Part shown: positions 9,718 through 18,258 of the stretch, piece after piece
Layout: every line of letters starts with the position of its first letter
Numbering within the stretch: position 1 is the stretch's first letter
Assembly (NCBI GenBank): GCA_035390665.1
Contig: DAOOUC010000004.1
Location: forward strand, 1 to 32,000
DNA from: an archaeon
GTDB lineage: Archaea > Iainarchaeota > Iainarchaeia > Iainarchaeales > CSSED10-239
Reading direction: 5' to 3'
Length of the DNA: 32,000 bases
The notes under the pieces: generated by a model
What the model was told of the DNA's origin: nothing
Database searches by the model: none
What the model saw: only the letters and a program-made list of their open reading frames with translations
Position numbers and translations under genes: made by a program

Positions 9718-9882
9718 GGGGATATAGGGTAGTCCGGTCTAGCCTAACGGGCTCCAGATTTTACAAATACAGGATGTTTTTTAAAGAACAAATGACTGAA
9801 AAATTTACAGGTATGCTAAGATTTATTTCTTAGAAAAAAAAGGAGATACCTGTTGACCTGGGTTCAAATCCCAGTGTCCCCA
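9718..9882 (+). tRNA. tRNA-Trp (anticodon CCA) with 90-nt intron after position 37
   Basis: Acceptor GGGGATA/TGTCCCC; D arm GGGT..GCCT with GG in the loop; anticodon stem ACGGG/CCTGT with loop CT-CCA-G|A; T arm CTGGG-TTCAAAT-CCCAG. Exon 1 is 9718-9757, intron 9758-9847, exon 2 9848-9882. BHB motif: CUCC/GGAG helix flanked by 3-nt bulges AG^A and AU^A, then UUUU/AAAA. Confidence 0.93.
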
Positions 9883-9889
9883 GATTTTT

Positions 9890-10336
9890 TTATTTAACAA
9901 AATTTAAAGCAAATTTTGCAAACCCAAATTTAATTTTTTTAAAGATTCCTCTAGATTGATAAGTAATTTCTTTATTTTTTAATGCAAGTTTTAATTCTGC
10001 GATTCTTTCATTAGAATTTAATATTCTATTTACTGCTTCTTCTTTAGCATATACAACTAATGTAGCTTTTTCATCTTCTTCAAAAGAATAAGACTCAATC
10101 ATTGCATTTTTCATTGTTAAAGTTATATGCCTTGTTTCTGTTTCTCCTATAACATAAACTAAAATCTTTTCACTTCCAACTAATGATTTGACTGATTTAG
10201 GAACATTATCTATATTTGCATTATATTCTGCAACTCCCGAATCAGGATTAGAAAACAGATAACCAATTGCAGAATCTTCTGCAAAAACAAGACTTATTAA
10301 CATAAATAAACTAATTAATACTAATATTTTTTTCAT
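9890..10336 (-). CDS. Secreted hypothetical protein (signal peptide; possibly SCP2-like)
   Basis: Signal peptide MKKILVLISLFMLISLVFA|ED. The domain call is tentative. Confidence 0.55.
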   Translation of the reverse strand: MKKILVLISLFMLISLVFAEDSAIGYLFSNPDSGVAEYNANIDNVPKSVKSLVGSEKILVYVIGETETRHITLTMKNAMIESYSFEEDEKATLVVYAKEEAVNRILNSNERIAELKLALKNKEITYQSRGIFKKIKFGFAKFALNFVK

Positions 10337-10357
10337 AAATTTACACTCCTTTTATTT

Positions 10358-10915
10358 TTAAAAATCATTATCTGAAAATATAATCTTTGATTTTGACATC
10401 TTCTTATACATTTCAAATTCTAACTTATTTGATTTTGTTTCAAAAAACAAAATGTATGAACCTTCCCAAAATAAAAACCAGCTAACTGGTTCAATTATTA
10501 TAAAGAAAACATTCTGAGTATTAATTTTAAACAAATTAATTAAGAAATATTTAAAAAGAAGTAATATCAATCCAATAATTATAAGAGAAATACTTGTTAT
10601 TATTTGCTTTTTTCTTTCTTTATTTAATTTATTAAACTGTTTTTTAAAAAATTCTTCAATTCTTCTTTTAATTATTATTTCCATTCTTGGATTTCTGTGT
10701 TTCTCTAAAACAATCATTCTTAGTGTGACATCTTGGCAATGCCCTTCAGAGAATTCCCTTTTTAATTCTTGTATAAAATCATCTGATATTGCTCTTTGAT
10801 GATAAGGCTTATTATCAAAATCCGAAAATAAATCATCATAATGATTTAAATTAAACATTATTTCTTTTGTGCCTTTTTCTTTTGGCATAGTTTTTACTAA
10901 GTTTCCTAAACCCAT
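10358..10915 (-). CDS. Hypothetical membrane protein (two transmembrane segments)
   Basis: Hydrophobic segments IITSISLIIIGLILLLF and VFFIIIEPVSWFLFWEGSYILFF. Confidence 0.6.
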   Translation of the reverse strand: MGLGNLVKTMPKEKGTKEIMFNLNHYDDLFSDFDNKPYHQRAISDDFIQELKREFSEGHCQDVTLRMIVLEKHRNPRMEIIIKRRIEEFFKKQFNKLNKERKKQIITSISLIIIGLILLLFKYFLINLFKINTQNVFFIIIEPVSWFLFWEGSYILFFETKSNKLEFEMYKKMSKSKIIFSDNDF

Positions 10916-11103
10916 CTATAATCACTTATCTTTCAATAATAATCTTTAAGTAATTGTTTTTAAAAATAGTGGTTTTTTGCAAAACAAAATTTAATTGTTA
11001 AATCTAATTTTCGCACTGGACAGCTACCCCCCCGAAAATGACCCCCTTTCTTAATTACATCAATATTAGTATCTGCCTAGAATATAAGAAAATTGTGGAA
11101 AAT

Positions 11104-12561
11104 ATGGAGAATAGATTGTGTTTATTAAATAGTGTCTATGATAAAGACAAAGCAAGAGTTGTACTTTACTTTGGTAAAGACCCCTTAAGTAATTCTTTTG
11201 ATTTTGTATATAAAAGTAATTTCTTTCCTTATTTTGTAATTGATCTAAAAAGCGAGCTTATTTGGGAATTGCTTTCTGAGTTTAAAAAGGATATATCTAT
11301 TAAATCTCTTGAAAATAAAACAAAGGTTCTTGCAAGAGATTTTGAAACCTTACAAAAAATTGGAAAGATTCTACAACAAGCAACTGGAAAAAATATAATA
11401 CTTATTGAGCCAGAAAGACAATTTCTTATAAAGAATAATTGGAGTTACTATGATTCTTTCTTTGTTTCTAAAGACAAAATAAGTAAAGTAAATAATGAAG
11501 ACTTTATTCATTTTGCAATAAATAATTATACCGGTCATCTTGAAGACAAAGAAAAAATAAAACTAATTGAGCCACTAACTAAAAAATTAATACTTAGTAA
11601 TATTCTAAGAATAAAACCTGAAGTTAATATTAAAAATGATCAGATACTAAATGCTCTTTTTGAAAACGAGTTTTTCTCTAATGAACTTATCTTACAAAAT
11701 ACAAATAATTTTTATTATCAAACAAAAGAATCATTTATTAAAGATCATATCAATCTAGACTTTTCAAATGTTTTACCATATCTCCTTACAAACAGATTTA
11801 ATAATATTGGTTATGAAACCTTAAATTGTTCTTGCTGTTCTCCTAAAGAAATATTTGAAGAAAATGTATTATCTTCTTCTCTTGTTAAAGTAGAGTTTAC
11901 TAAACACGGTTTTTATTTTATATCTTGTGATGATTCTTGGTCAAGAGAATATCATAATAGTCATGAAAAAAAAGAAAATAGAGAAAACTACAAGAAACAA
12001 AGCAGACTGCTTAAATGCCCTGTTGGTCCCTTTAACAAAGGAGAAACCGAATATATACTCTTAAGTGATGCGATTAAACTTCTTAAAGAAAAAGACATAA
12101 AGATACTTGATAATAAAGATAAGCTTTTATGGACCTGTAGAAAAAAAGAATCATTTGTTTCTAGAATAATTAATGATCTAATATCCAAGCAACAAAGAAT
12201 AGAAGAATCAATTAATATTAGTTCTATTGTAAGTTATTCTTCTGGAGATTTAAAAAATTCTATACATTTAGAAGAAAACCCTCTTTACCTTCAATATTTA
12301 ACAGAATATTCACTTATCAATTCCTTGATTGAAGAAATACCTAGATTCTTACAACATAAAAATACAAAGTTTTATTCTTATGAGATTGATAGCACAATAA
12401 AATCCATAAAATATAATACTTTGAATCAGATTAATAAAGAAGAAGAACTATTACTTGTTAATACCAACAACATACAACTTAGAAACAAGAAATTACTTTC
12501 AAAAATAAATCAGACATTTCCAAAAATGAATCTACCAATCCCAAGACTTGTTATTGGATAA
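11104..12561 (+). CDS. Hypothetical protein; N-terminus faintly resembles the family B DNA polymerase N-terminal domain, with no polymerase catalytic motifs
   Basis: Likely start MENRLCLLNSVYD, downstream of the ORF-track start. 'RVVLYFGKDPLSNSFDFVYKSNFFPYFVIDL' resembles PolB N-terminal sequence. A Cys-rich NCSCC is present further on. Confidence 0.4.
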   Translation: MENRLCLLNSVYDKDKARVVLYFGKDPLSNSFDFVYKSNFFPYFVIDLKSELIWELLSEFKKDISIKSLENKTKVLARDFETLQKIGKILQQATGKNIILIEPERQFLIKNNWSYYDSFFVSKDKISKVNNEDFIHFAINNYTGHLEDKEKIKLIEPLTKKLILSNILRIKPEVNIKNDQILNALFENEFFSNELILQNTNNFYYQTKESFIKDHINLDFSNVLPYLLTNRFNNIGYETLNCSCCSPKEIFEENVLSSSLVKVEFTKHGFYFISCDDSWSREYHNSHEKKENRENYKKQSRLLKCPVGPFNKGETEYILLSDAIKLLKEKDIKILDNKDKLLWTCRKKESFVSRIINDLISKQQRIEESINISSIVSYSSGDLKNSIHLEENPLYLQYLTEYSLINSLIEEIPRFLQHKNTKFYSYEIDSTIKSIKYNTLNQINKEEELLLVNTNNIQLRNKKLLSKINQTFPKMNLPIPRLVIG

Positions 12562-12571
12562 AAAAATAGAA

Positions 12572-12593
12572 AAGTAAGTTAGAAAACTTACTT
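12572..12593. terminator. Hairpin between convergent genes
   Basis: Perfect 9-bp stem AAGTAAGTT-AGAA-AACTTACTT overlapping the alba stop codon, 3' of both the 12561 and 12588 gene ends. Confidence 0.4.
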
Positions 12594-12866
12594 ATTTAAT
12601 TTGATTTCAATTGCTGAAACCTTCATTGGGGTGTTATTCTCTGTTGTTATTTCTTCTGTTGAAATTGATATGTCTGTTAATTTTACTGTGTTTACAAATT
12701 TATTCTTAACAATTTCTGCAACATCAACTGCTTTTGAGATTGTTTTTCCTCTTGCTTTTATAACAACTGAATTTGTGCCTTGGTTGAATTGTGTAATTAC
12801 AGCTAGAACATATGACATAGTTCCTTTCTTTCCTATATAGATTGTATTTCCTTCCATTTCGCTCAT
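12588..12866 (-). CDS. albA: Alba-family DNA/RNA-binding protein
   Basis: NTIYIGKKGTMSYVLAVITQF...VVIKARGKTISKAVDVAEIVKNKF matches the Alba core. Confidence 0.9.
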   Translation of the reverse strand: MSEMEGNTIYIGKKGTMSYVLAVITQFNQGTNSVVIKARGKTISKAVDVAEIVKNKFVNTVKLTDISISTEEITTENNTPMKVSAIEIKLNK

Positions 12867-12976
12867 AGTAATTTCTCCCCCTTTGTATTTAATAGGTATA
12901 TATAATGTTCTAACAAAATGTTTAAAAAGAGGTTTTTTATATATTTATATTAATTAATTTATTGGAGGGAATAATT

Positions 12977-13399
12977 ATGCCAAAAATAGAAGTGCATTGT
13001 GCAATATCAAAACAAAGAACAGGTAATGATTTTAAAGAACTACATGAATGGATTGATGAACCCGGAACAAAAAAAGGAGCACAATTCAGATTAGAAAGAC
13101 ACAAATATACAGAAGAAGATAGAGACTATATTAAGAAAATGTGGGATAAAAAATTAGGCCCTGGTTGGGGAAATAAAGCAATTGTTGAATGGTTGTTTCA
13201 TATTTCTATGGATTACCTAGATGTTGGTTTTAAACTTTCAAGTACAGTTTATCAAAACAATGAAAATAATGTTTTTATGTTTGGGTTTAATAATCAAGGC
13301 AACATACACACAAGTATCGGAACAATTGATAGAAAAGAACTAGATAAAATATCTAAAAGTTATAAATATGATCCAGAAGCAGACTTTGAATATTATTAA
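12977..13399 (+). CDS. Conserved-looking hypothetical protein (start re-assigned to MPKIEV)
   Basis: MPKIEVHCAISKQRTGNDFKELHEWIDEPGTKKGAQFRLERHKYTEEDRDYI. ORF shares a short upstream promoter region with divergent alba. Confidence 0.6.
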   Translation: MPKIEVHCAISKQRTGNDFKELHEWIDEPGTKKGAQFRLERHKYTEEDRDYIKKMWDKKLGPGWGNKAIVEWLFHISMDYLDVGFKLSSTVYQNNENNVFMFGFNNQGNIHTSIGTIDRKELDKISKSYKYDPEADFEYY

Positions 13400-14595
13400 A
13401 TCATCTTTTTAATTTTTTTTAAAGTGTCTGCTAAATGATCTATTTCTTCTTTTGTATTATAGAAATACATTGAAGCTCTAACTAAACCGTCTTTATTAAG
13501 TCTAGAAACTATTGGTTCAGCACAATGCATTCCGGCCCTTGTTGCAATATTTCCGAACTCGTCTAAAAAAGAAGAAAGCTCTCTGGATTTTATCCCTTTC
13601 ATATCAAAAAGAACAATTGGTCCTTGGGTTTTAATGTTTTTTGGATTATAGATTGTAATTCCATCAATATTTAGTTTATCTAAAGCATAACTTAGAAGTT
13701 TTTTATCCTGATTTAAAATATTATCCATTCCTACTTTTTCAAGATAATCGACTGCGGCAAGAGTTCCAAAGGCCCCAGAGATATTAGGAGTTCCTGCTTC
13801 AAATTTATATGGTAAGCCATTCCATGTTGATTTTTCTAAAGTAACATGAGAAATCATATCTCCTCCAAATTTAACTGGAGAAAAATGTTTAAGATGTTTT
13901 CCTTTTGCAATCAACACTCCAACTCCTGTTGGCCCAAGCATCTTGTGCATGGTGCACACAAAGAAATCAACATTCATTTTCTTAAAATCAATTTTTTGAT
14001 GAGGTGCAGATTGTGAACCATCTACACAAATTAAAATATTTTTAGATTTTAAATAATCAACAATTTCTTTTACTGGTGCAATTGTTGCAATAGTGTTAGA
14101 TGTGTGCGCAAAAGTCACTAGTTTTGTTTTTGATGTTATTTTCTTTTTAAAATCTTCAAAATCAAAAGTAAAGTTTTTTTTAATTTCTACAAATCTTAAC
14201 TTAAGCCCAAGCTTTTGAGAAAGAAATTGCCAAGGAACAAGATTTGCATGATGCTCATAAACGGTTGTTAGAATCTCGTCTCCTTTCTTAAAATAATTAC
14301 TATTGTATAACATATACATTATTGTATTTAAAGAATCTGTGCTATTACTTGTAAGAATTATCTCTTTTGAAGAACAATTAAAGAACTTAGCTAATTCATT
14401 GTGACAATTCTCATAAACAACACTAGCTTCTTGAGAGAGCTTATATACTCCTCTGTGAATATTAACCGGACATTCTTTATAATAGTAATTCATGGCGTCA
14501 ATTACTGTTTTAGGCTTAAGGCTTGTTGCTCCATTATCCAAATAAATGGTTTTTTCTAAAACCGGAAAGTCTTTTCTGTATTTTTCAATAGTCAT
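13396..14595 (-). CDS. sufS: Cysteine desulfurase (SufS/Csd-like, aminotransferase class V); start re-assigned to MTIEKYRK
   Basis: YLDNGATSLKP, PLP-lysine region FFVCTMHKMLGPTGVGVLIAK, catalytic Cys loop TRAGMHCAEP. Confidence 0.9.
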   Translation of the reverse strand: MTIEKYRKDFPVLEKTIYLDNGATSLKPKTVIDAMNYYYKECPVNIHRGVYKLSQEASVVYENCHNELAKFFNCSSKEIILTSNSTDSLNTIMYMLYNSNYFKKGDEILTTVYEHHANLVPWQFLSQKLGLKLRFVEIKKNFTFDFEDFKKKITSKTKLVTFAHTSNTIATIAPVKEIVDYLKSKNILICVDGSQSAPHQKIDFKKMNVDFFVCTMHKMLGPTGVGVLIAKGKHLKHFSPVKFGGDMISHVTLEKSTWNGLPYKFEAGTPNISGAFGTLAAVDYLEKVGMDNILNQDKKLLSYALDKLNIDGITIYNPKNIKTQGPIVLFDMKGIKSRELSSFLDEFGNIATRAGMHCAEPIVSRLNKDGLVRASMYFYNTKEEIDHLADTLKKIKKMI

Positions 14596-14730
14596 ATAAC
14601 CACATTTATTAAATATACCCTTACATTTATATATTAGCAATCTTTTTAAATAAATATGGGACAATATATATTATATAGAGTGACCTAAAATTAGGCTCTT
14701 TTTTTAATATTTACTAAAAAATGATTTATT

Positions 14731-15012
14731 ATGAAGATACCAAAAACAATTAAAACATACTGTAAAAAATGTAAGAAACACGAAGAACATAAGCTTTCAC
14801 CATATAAAGCAAGAGGAGCAAGAAAGTTATCTCTTGGAACCAGAAAAAATGTTAGAAAACATAAGACAGGTTACGGTGGAATGGCTAAACACATTGCAAC
14901 AGTTAAGAAACAGAATAAAAAACCTGTGTTTACTGCTGAATGTTTAGTATGTAAAGCAAAACACTATTTTGTAATACCAAAGAAAATGAAGAAAACTGAG
15001 TTTAACGCTTAG
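14731..15012 (+). CDS. rpl44e: 50S ribosomal protein L44e
   Basis: MKIPKTIKTYCKKCKKHEEHK...KYGGMAKH-type sequence and C-terminal CxxC (CLVCKAKHYF). Confidence 0.93.
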   Translation: MKIPKTIKTYCKKCKKHEEHKLSPYKARGARKLSLGTRKNVRKHKTGYGGMAKHIATVKKQNKKPVFTAECLVCKAKHYFVIPKKMKKTEFNA

Positions 15013-15060
15013 ATTTCTTTTCTTTAATATTTTTAAATTCATCTATAGTATATTTATACT

Positions 15061-15738
15061 ATGGAATTTGACACAATATATAAATTTGTGGCTGCAACTT
15101 TTGCCTTAGCCTACTTTATAGGATTAATTACAGGAATTATTTCTGTTGGCCTAGGGTCTACAAATTTTCAAGAAGCAGATATTGCTAAGTCTTTTTATTT
15201 AACTGGACCAATTAGTTTTAAATTATTATTTAATGAAACAATAGATACTTGTTTAAAAATTTCAATATTGCCTTTTTCTTATTTAATTGTTGGAATAAAC
15301 TATGGATTTACACATGCAATTCACATTCTTTCTCCTTTCTTAGGACAAATAAAATTAGCAGTATTATTAATTCCAGAAATGTTTTATTTCTTATCCTATA
15401 TTTTGTTTTCTGCAATTGGATTAAAATTAATTGCGACAATTGTTTTATTTATTGTAAATAACTGGATTTTAAAAGAAAAAAAAATAAAATTAGAGCAAAC
15501 CATTTTACGAAAAGAAGATGTTTTTTTAATATATCTTGGATTAATTTCTATATTTCTTGGAACAATAATTCAGATTTACCTTTCAAAAGTATTTTTTATA
15601 TTTTTAATTAATTTTCAGTTAATTACATATATATTAATTGTTTTAATATATGTAGCTATAATTTCTTTATCATTCTATATTTTATATAACACAATACAAT
15701 CTTTAATAAAAATATTTAATAAAAGTGAAAAATTATGA
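15061..15738 (+). CDS. Yip1-like multi-pass membrane protein
   Basis: About five hydrophobic segments. Its end overlaps the start of the herA-type gene by 4 nt. Confidence 0.5.
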   Translation: MEFDTIYKFVAATFALAYFIGLITGIISVGLGSTNFQEADIAKSFYLTGPISFKLLFNETIDTCLKISILPFSYLIVGINYGFTHAIHILSPFLGQIKLAVLLIPEMFYFLSYILFSAIGLKLIATIVLFIVNNWILKEKKIKLEQTILRKEDVFLIYLGLISIFLGTIIQIYLSKVFFIFLINFQLITYILIVLIYVAIISLSFYILYNTIQSLIKIFNKSEKL

Positions 15739-18248
15739 GTTTAGATTTTGAATCAGAAGACATAATTGTTGGTAGAATTGCAAGCCATATAAAAAAATAC
15801 GGAAAGAAAGCAACAGGATATATTGGTAAAGTTGTAGTATCTAGTGGAGATGACCCTGTGCTTGGTAAGAAAGTATTAATGGATGTTTCTCGCTCACATG
15901 TTGCAATTGTTTGTGGAAAAAGAGGTGGGGGAAAATGCCTTTCTGGAGACACCTTGATTACATTAGAAGATGGTAGAGAAATACCTATTAAAGATTTAGA
16001 AAAAGAAAGTAAAAAGATTATTTCTTTACAAGATAATCTTAAATTAAAAACAAATAATAAAGAACAATTCTATAAAAGAGAAGTACCCAATATATTAGAA
16101 CTTACTTTAAGAAGTGGAAAGAAAATAAAATTGACTCCAGAACACCCTTTATTTACAATTCAAGGGTGGAAACAAGCAAAAGAGTTGAAAAAAGGAAGCA
16201 GAATTGCAACACCACGAATTATTCCTGTTTTTGGAAAAACCAAAATAAAAGATTGTGAAGTTAAACTTCTTGCATATCTTATAGCTGAAGGACATTTGGG
16301 AAACGGTTTTGTATTATTTAGTAATACTGATGAAAAAATAATCGAAGAATTTAAAGATGCAATTAAAGAATTTGATAAAAATCTAAAAATAATGCCACAT
16401 GGGCAAAGTAATTTAAGAATTTCTAAAATTGAAAACAATAGAGATAAAAATAGCTTAAGAAAATATCTTGATAGTCTTGAATTATATAATGTAAAATCAG
16501 AAACTAAATTTATACCACAAAATATCTTTCAATTACCAAAAAAACAACTTTCTTTATTCCTAAATAGATTATTTAGTTGTGATGGCACTATCTATTTTGA
16601 TAAAAACAAAAAAGAATGGAATATTTCTTATTCTTCTTCATCTCAAAAATTGATTTTACAAGTGCAAAGTTTATTATTGAGATTTGGACTTCTATCAATC
16701 ATAAGAACAAAGAAAACAAAAAAATTACCAAACTGTGAACTTAAGATCTTATCTTCTCAAAATTTAGAATTTATTAAAAAAATTGGATTTTTTGGAAAGA
16801 AAGAAGAACTACAAAATAATGTTAAGCAAAAGGTCAATAATCCAAATATAGATACAATCCCTAAAGAAATTTGGGACATTTATATACCAAAGAATTGGGC
16901 CACCATTGGTAAAGAAATCGGTTACAAGAATCCAAAATCATTAAGATCATCTATCAATTACTCCCCATCAAGAGAAAAACTACTTAAAATAGCAACAATC
17001 GAGAAAAATAAAGAACTTAAAAACCTAGCAACAAGCGACATTTTCTGGGATGAAATTATTGACGTAAAAGAAATTAAGAAGAAAGAAATAGTGTATGATA
17101 TTACAGTTCCAAATTCTCATAATTTTGTTGCAAATAACATTATAGTGCATAATAGTTACACAATGTCCGTACTAATTGAAGAATTTGCAAAACAACCTTT
17201 TGAAATTAAAGAAAGATTGTCAGCAATAATCATTGATACTGTTGGAATCTTCTGGACAATGAAATATGCTAATGAAGAACAAAAAGATGCATTAGAAAAA
17301 TGGGGACTTAAACCTGAAGGAATAGAGATTAGAAATCTTGTGCCTTTTGGAAAGAAAGACTTTTACACTCTTAAAAATCTTCCACATGACGGATATTTTT
17401 CAATCAAAACTTCACAAATGGATATTGAAGACTGGCTTGCGGTTTTTAGACTTACTTGGAAAGACCCTGAATCTGCATTACTTTCAAGAACCATAGAAAA
17501 AATAAAAGAAAAAGTTGGAAGTCTTTATGATATAGATGATATCATTAATGAAGCAAGAAAAGATCAAGAAACAATAAAAGACGTAATTAATTCTCTTAAT
17601 AATCGTTTAATGGTTGCTAAATCTTGGGGATTATTCTCAAAGATGGGAACAACTATGAAAGAGTTTGCTAAACCAGGAACAATAACTGTAGTTGACACAA
17701 GTACTTACAAAGAAGCAATTGGAATGGAATCCATTAAGGAATTAATTGTAGGAATTTTAGGAAAAAGACTATATGAAGAAAGAATGCTTTATAGAAAAGA
17801 AGAAGAAATGAGTTTATTATCCGGTGGAAGAAAAGAAAGCGAGATGCCTATTATTTGGATGATGATTGATGAAGCACACATGTTTATGCCTGCAGATAGA
17901 CCATCAATTGCTCTTGATGTCTTGTTACAGTGGATAAGAGTTGGTAGACAACCAGGGTTATCTCTTCTTCTTGCAACACAAAGACCAAACAAACTACACT
18001 CCGAAGCAATCTCACAATGTGATTTTTTCTTAAGTATGAGAATGACTGCTCAAGAAGATATTAATGCTGTTGCTACAATTAGACCTAGTTATCTTAATGT
18101 GCCTATGGACAAATTCTATGGACAGATGCCAAAAGAACAAGGTTATGCGATACTAGTAGATGATAACTCAGAAAAAGTAATGTTAATAAAAATAAGACCA
18201 AGATTAACTTGGGATGGCGGAAAGACCGCAAATGTCTTTTTAGATTAA
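15735..18248 (+). CDS. herA: HerA-type DUF87 ATPase/DNA translocase containing an in-frame intein; mature extein about 431 aa
   Basis: Walker A GKRGGGK|S split by the intein; Walker B PIIWMMIDEAHMF; HerA-like WIRVGRQPGLSLLLATQRPNKL. Confidence 0.9.
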   Translation: MSLDFESEDIIVGRIASHIKKYGKKATGYIGKVVVSSGDDPVLGKKVLMDVSRSHVAIVCGKRGGGKCLSGDTLITLEDGREIPIKDLEKESKKIISLQDNLKLKTNNKEQFYKREVPNILELTLRSGKKIKLTPEHPLFTIQGWKQAKELKKGSRIATPRIIPVFGKTKIKDCEVKLLAYLIAEGHLGNGFVLFSNTDEKIIEEFKDAIKEFDKNLKIMPHGQSNLRISKIENNRDKNSLRKYLDSLELYNVKSETKFIPQNIFQLPKKQLSLFLNRLFSCDGTIYFDKNKKEWNISYSSSSQKLILQVQSLLLRFGLLSIIRTKKTKKLPNCELKILSSQNLEFIKKIGFFGKKEELQNNVKQKVNNPNIDTIPKEIWDIYIPKNWATIGKEIGYKNPKSLRSSINYSPSREKLLKIATIEKNKELKNLATSDIFWDEIIDVKEIKKKEIVYDITVPNSHNFVANNIIVHNSYTMSVLIEEFAKQPFEIKERLSAIIIDTVGIFWTMKYANEEQKDALEKWGLKPEGIEIRNLVPFGKKDFYTLKNLPHDGYFSIKTSQMDIEDWLAVFRLTWKDPESALLSRTIEKIKEKVGSLYDIDDIINEARKDQETIKDVINSLNNRLMVAKSWGLFSKMGTTMKEFAKPGTITVVDTSTYKEAIGMESIKELIVGILGKRLYEERMLYRKEEEMSLLSGGRKESEMPIIWMMIDEAHMFMPADRPSIALDVLLQWIRVGRQPGLSLLLATQRPNKLHSEAISQCDFFLSMRMTAQEDINAVATIRPSYLNVPMDKFYGQMPKEQGYAILVDDNSEKVMLIKIRPRLTWDGGKTANVFLD
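15936..17153 (+). mobile_element. Intein (406 aa) with LAGLIDADG/DOD homing endonuclease, inserted in the HerA P-loop
   Basis: Starts with Cys (CLSGDTLITLEDGREIPIKDL, block A), block B GKKIKLTPEHPLF, DOD motifs LLAYLIAEGHL and LNRLFSCDGTI, block F/G VYDITVPNSHNFVANNIIVHN, +1 Ser. Confidence 0.96.
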
Positions 18249-18258
18249 AGAAAAAAAA

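Noticed and set aside
9758-9847. C/D box guide RNA inside the tRNA-Trp intron
   Set aside because: Only an isolated CTGA-like string and a GATG are visible. No properly spaced C/D and C'/D' boxes or clear complementarity to the anticodon region were found, so it was not called as a feature.
15716-15952. 78-aa minus-strand ORF overlapping the herA start
   Set aside because: It is the reverse strand of the HerA N-terminus and Walker A codons, with no independent support.
16160-17992. Antisense ORFs inside the herA/intein gene (16160-16438, 17789-17992), and similar antisense ORFs at 1869-2090, 4281-4475, 4667-4855, 8065-8295, 20536-20907, 23596-23910 and 25254-25574
   Set aside because: All overlap strong coding genes on the opposite strand and look like low-complexity shadows of AT-rich codons.
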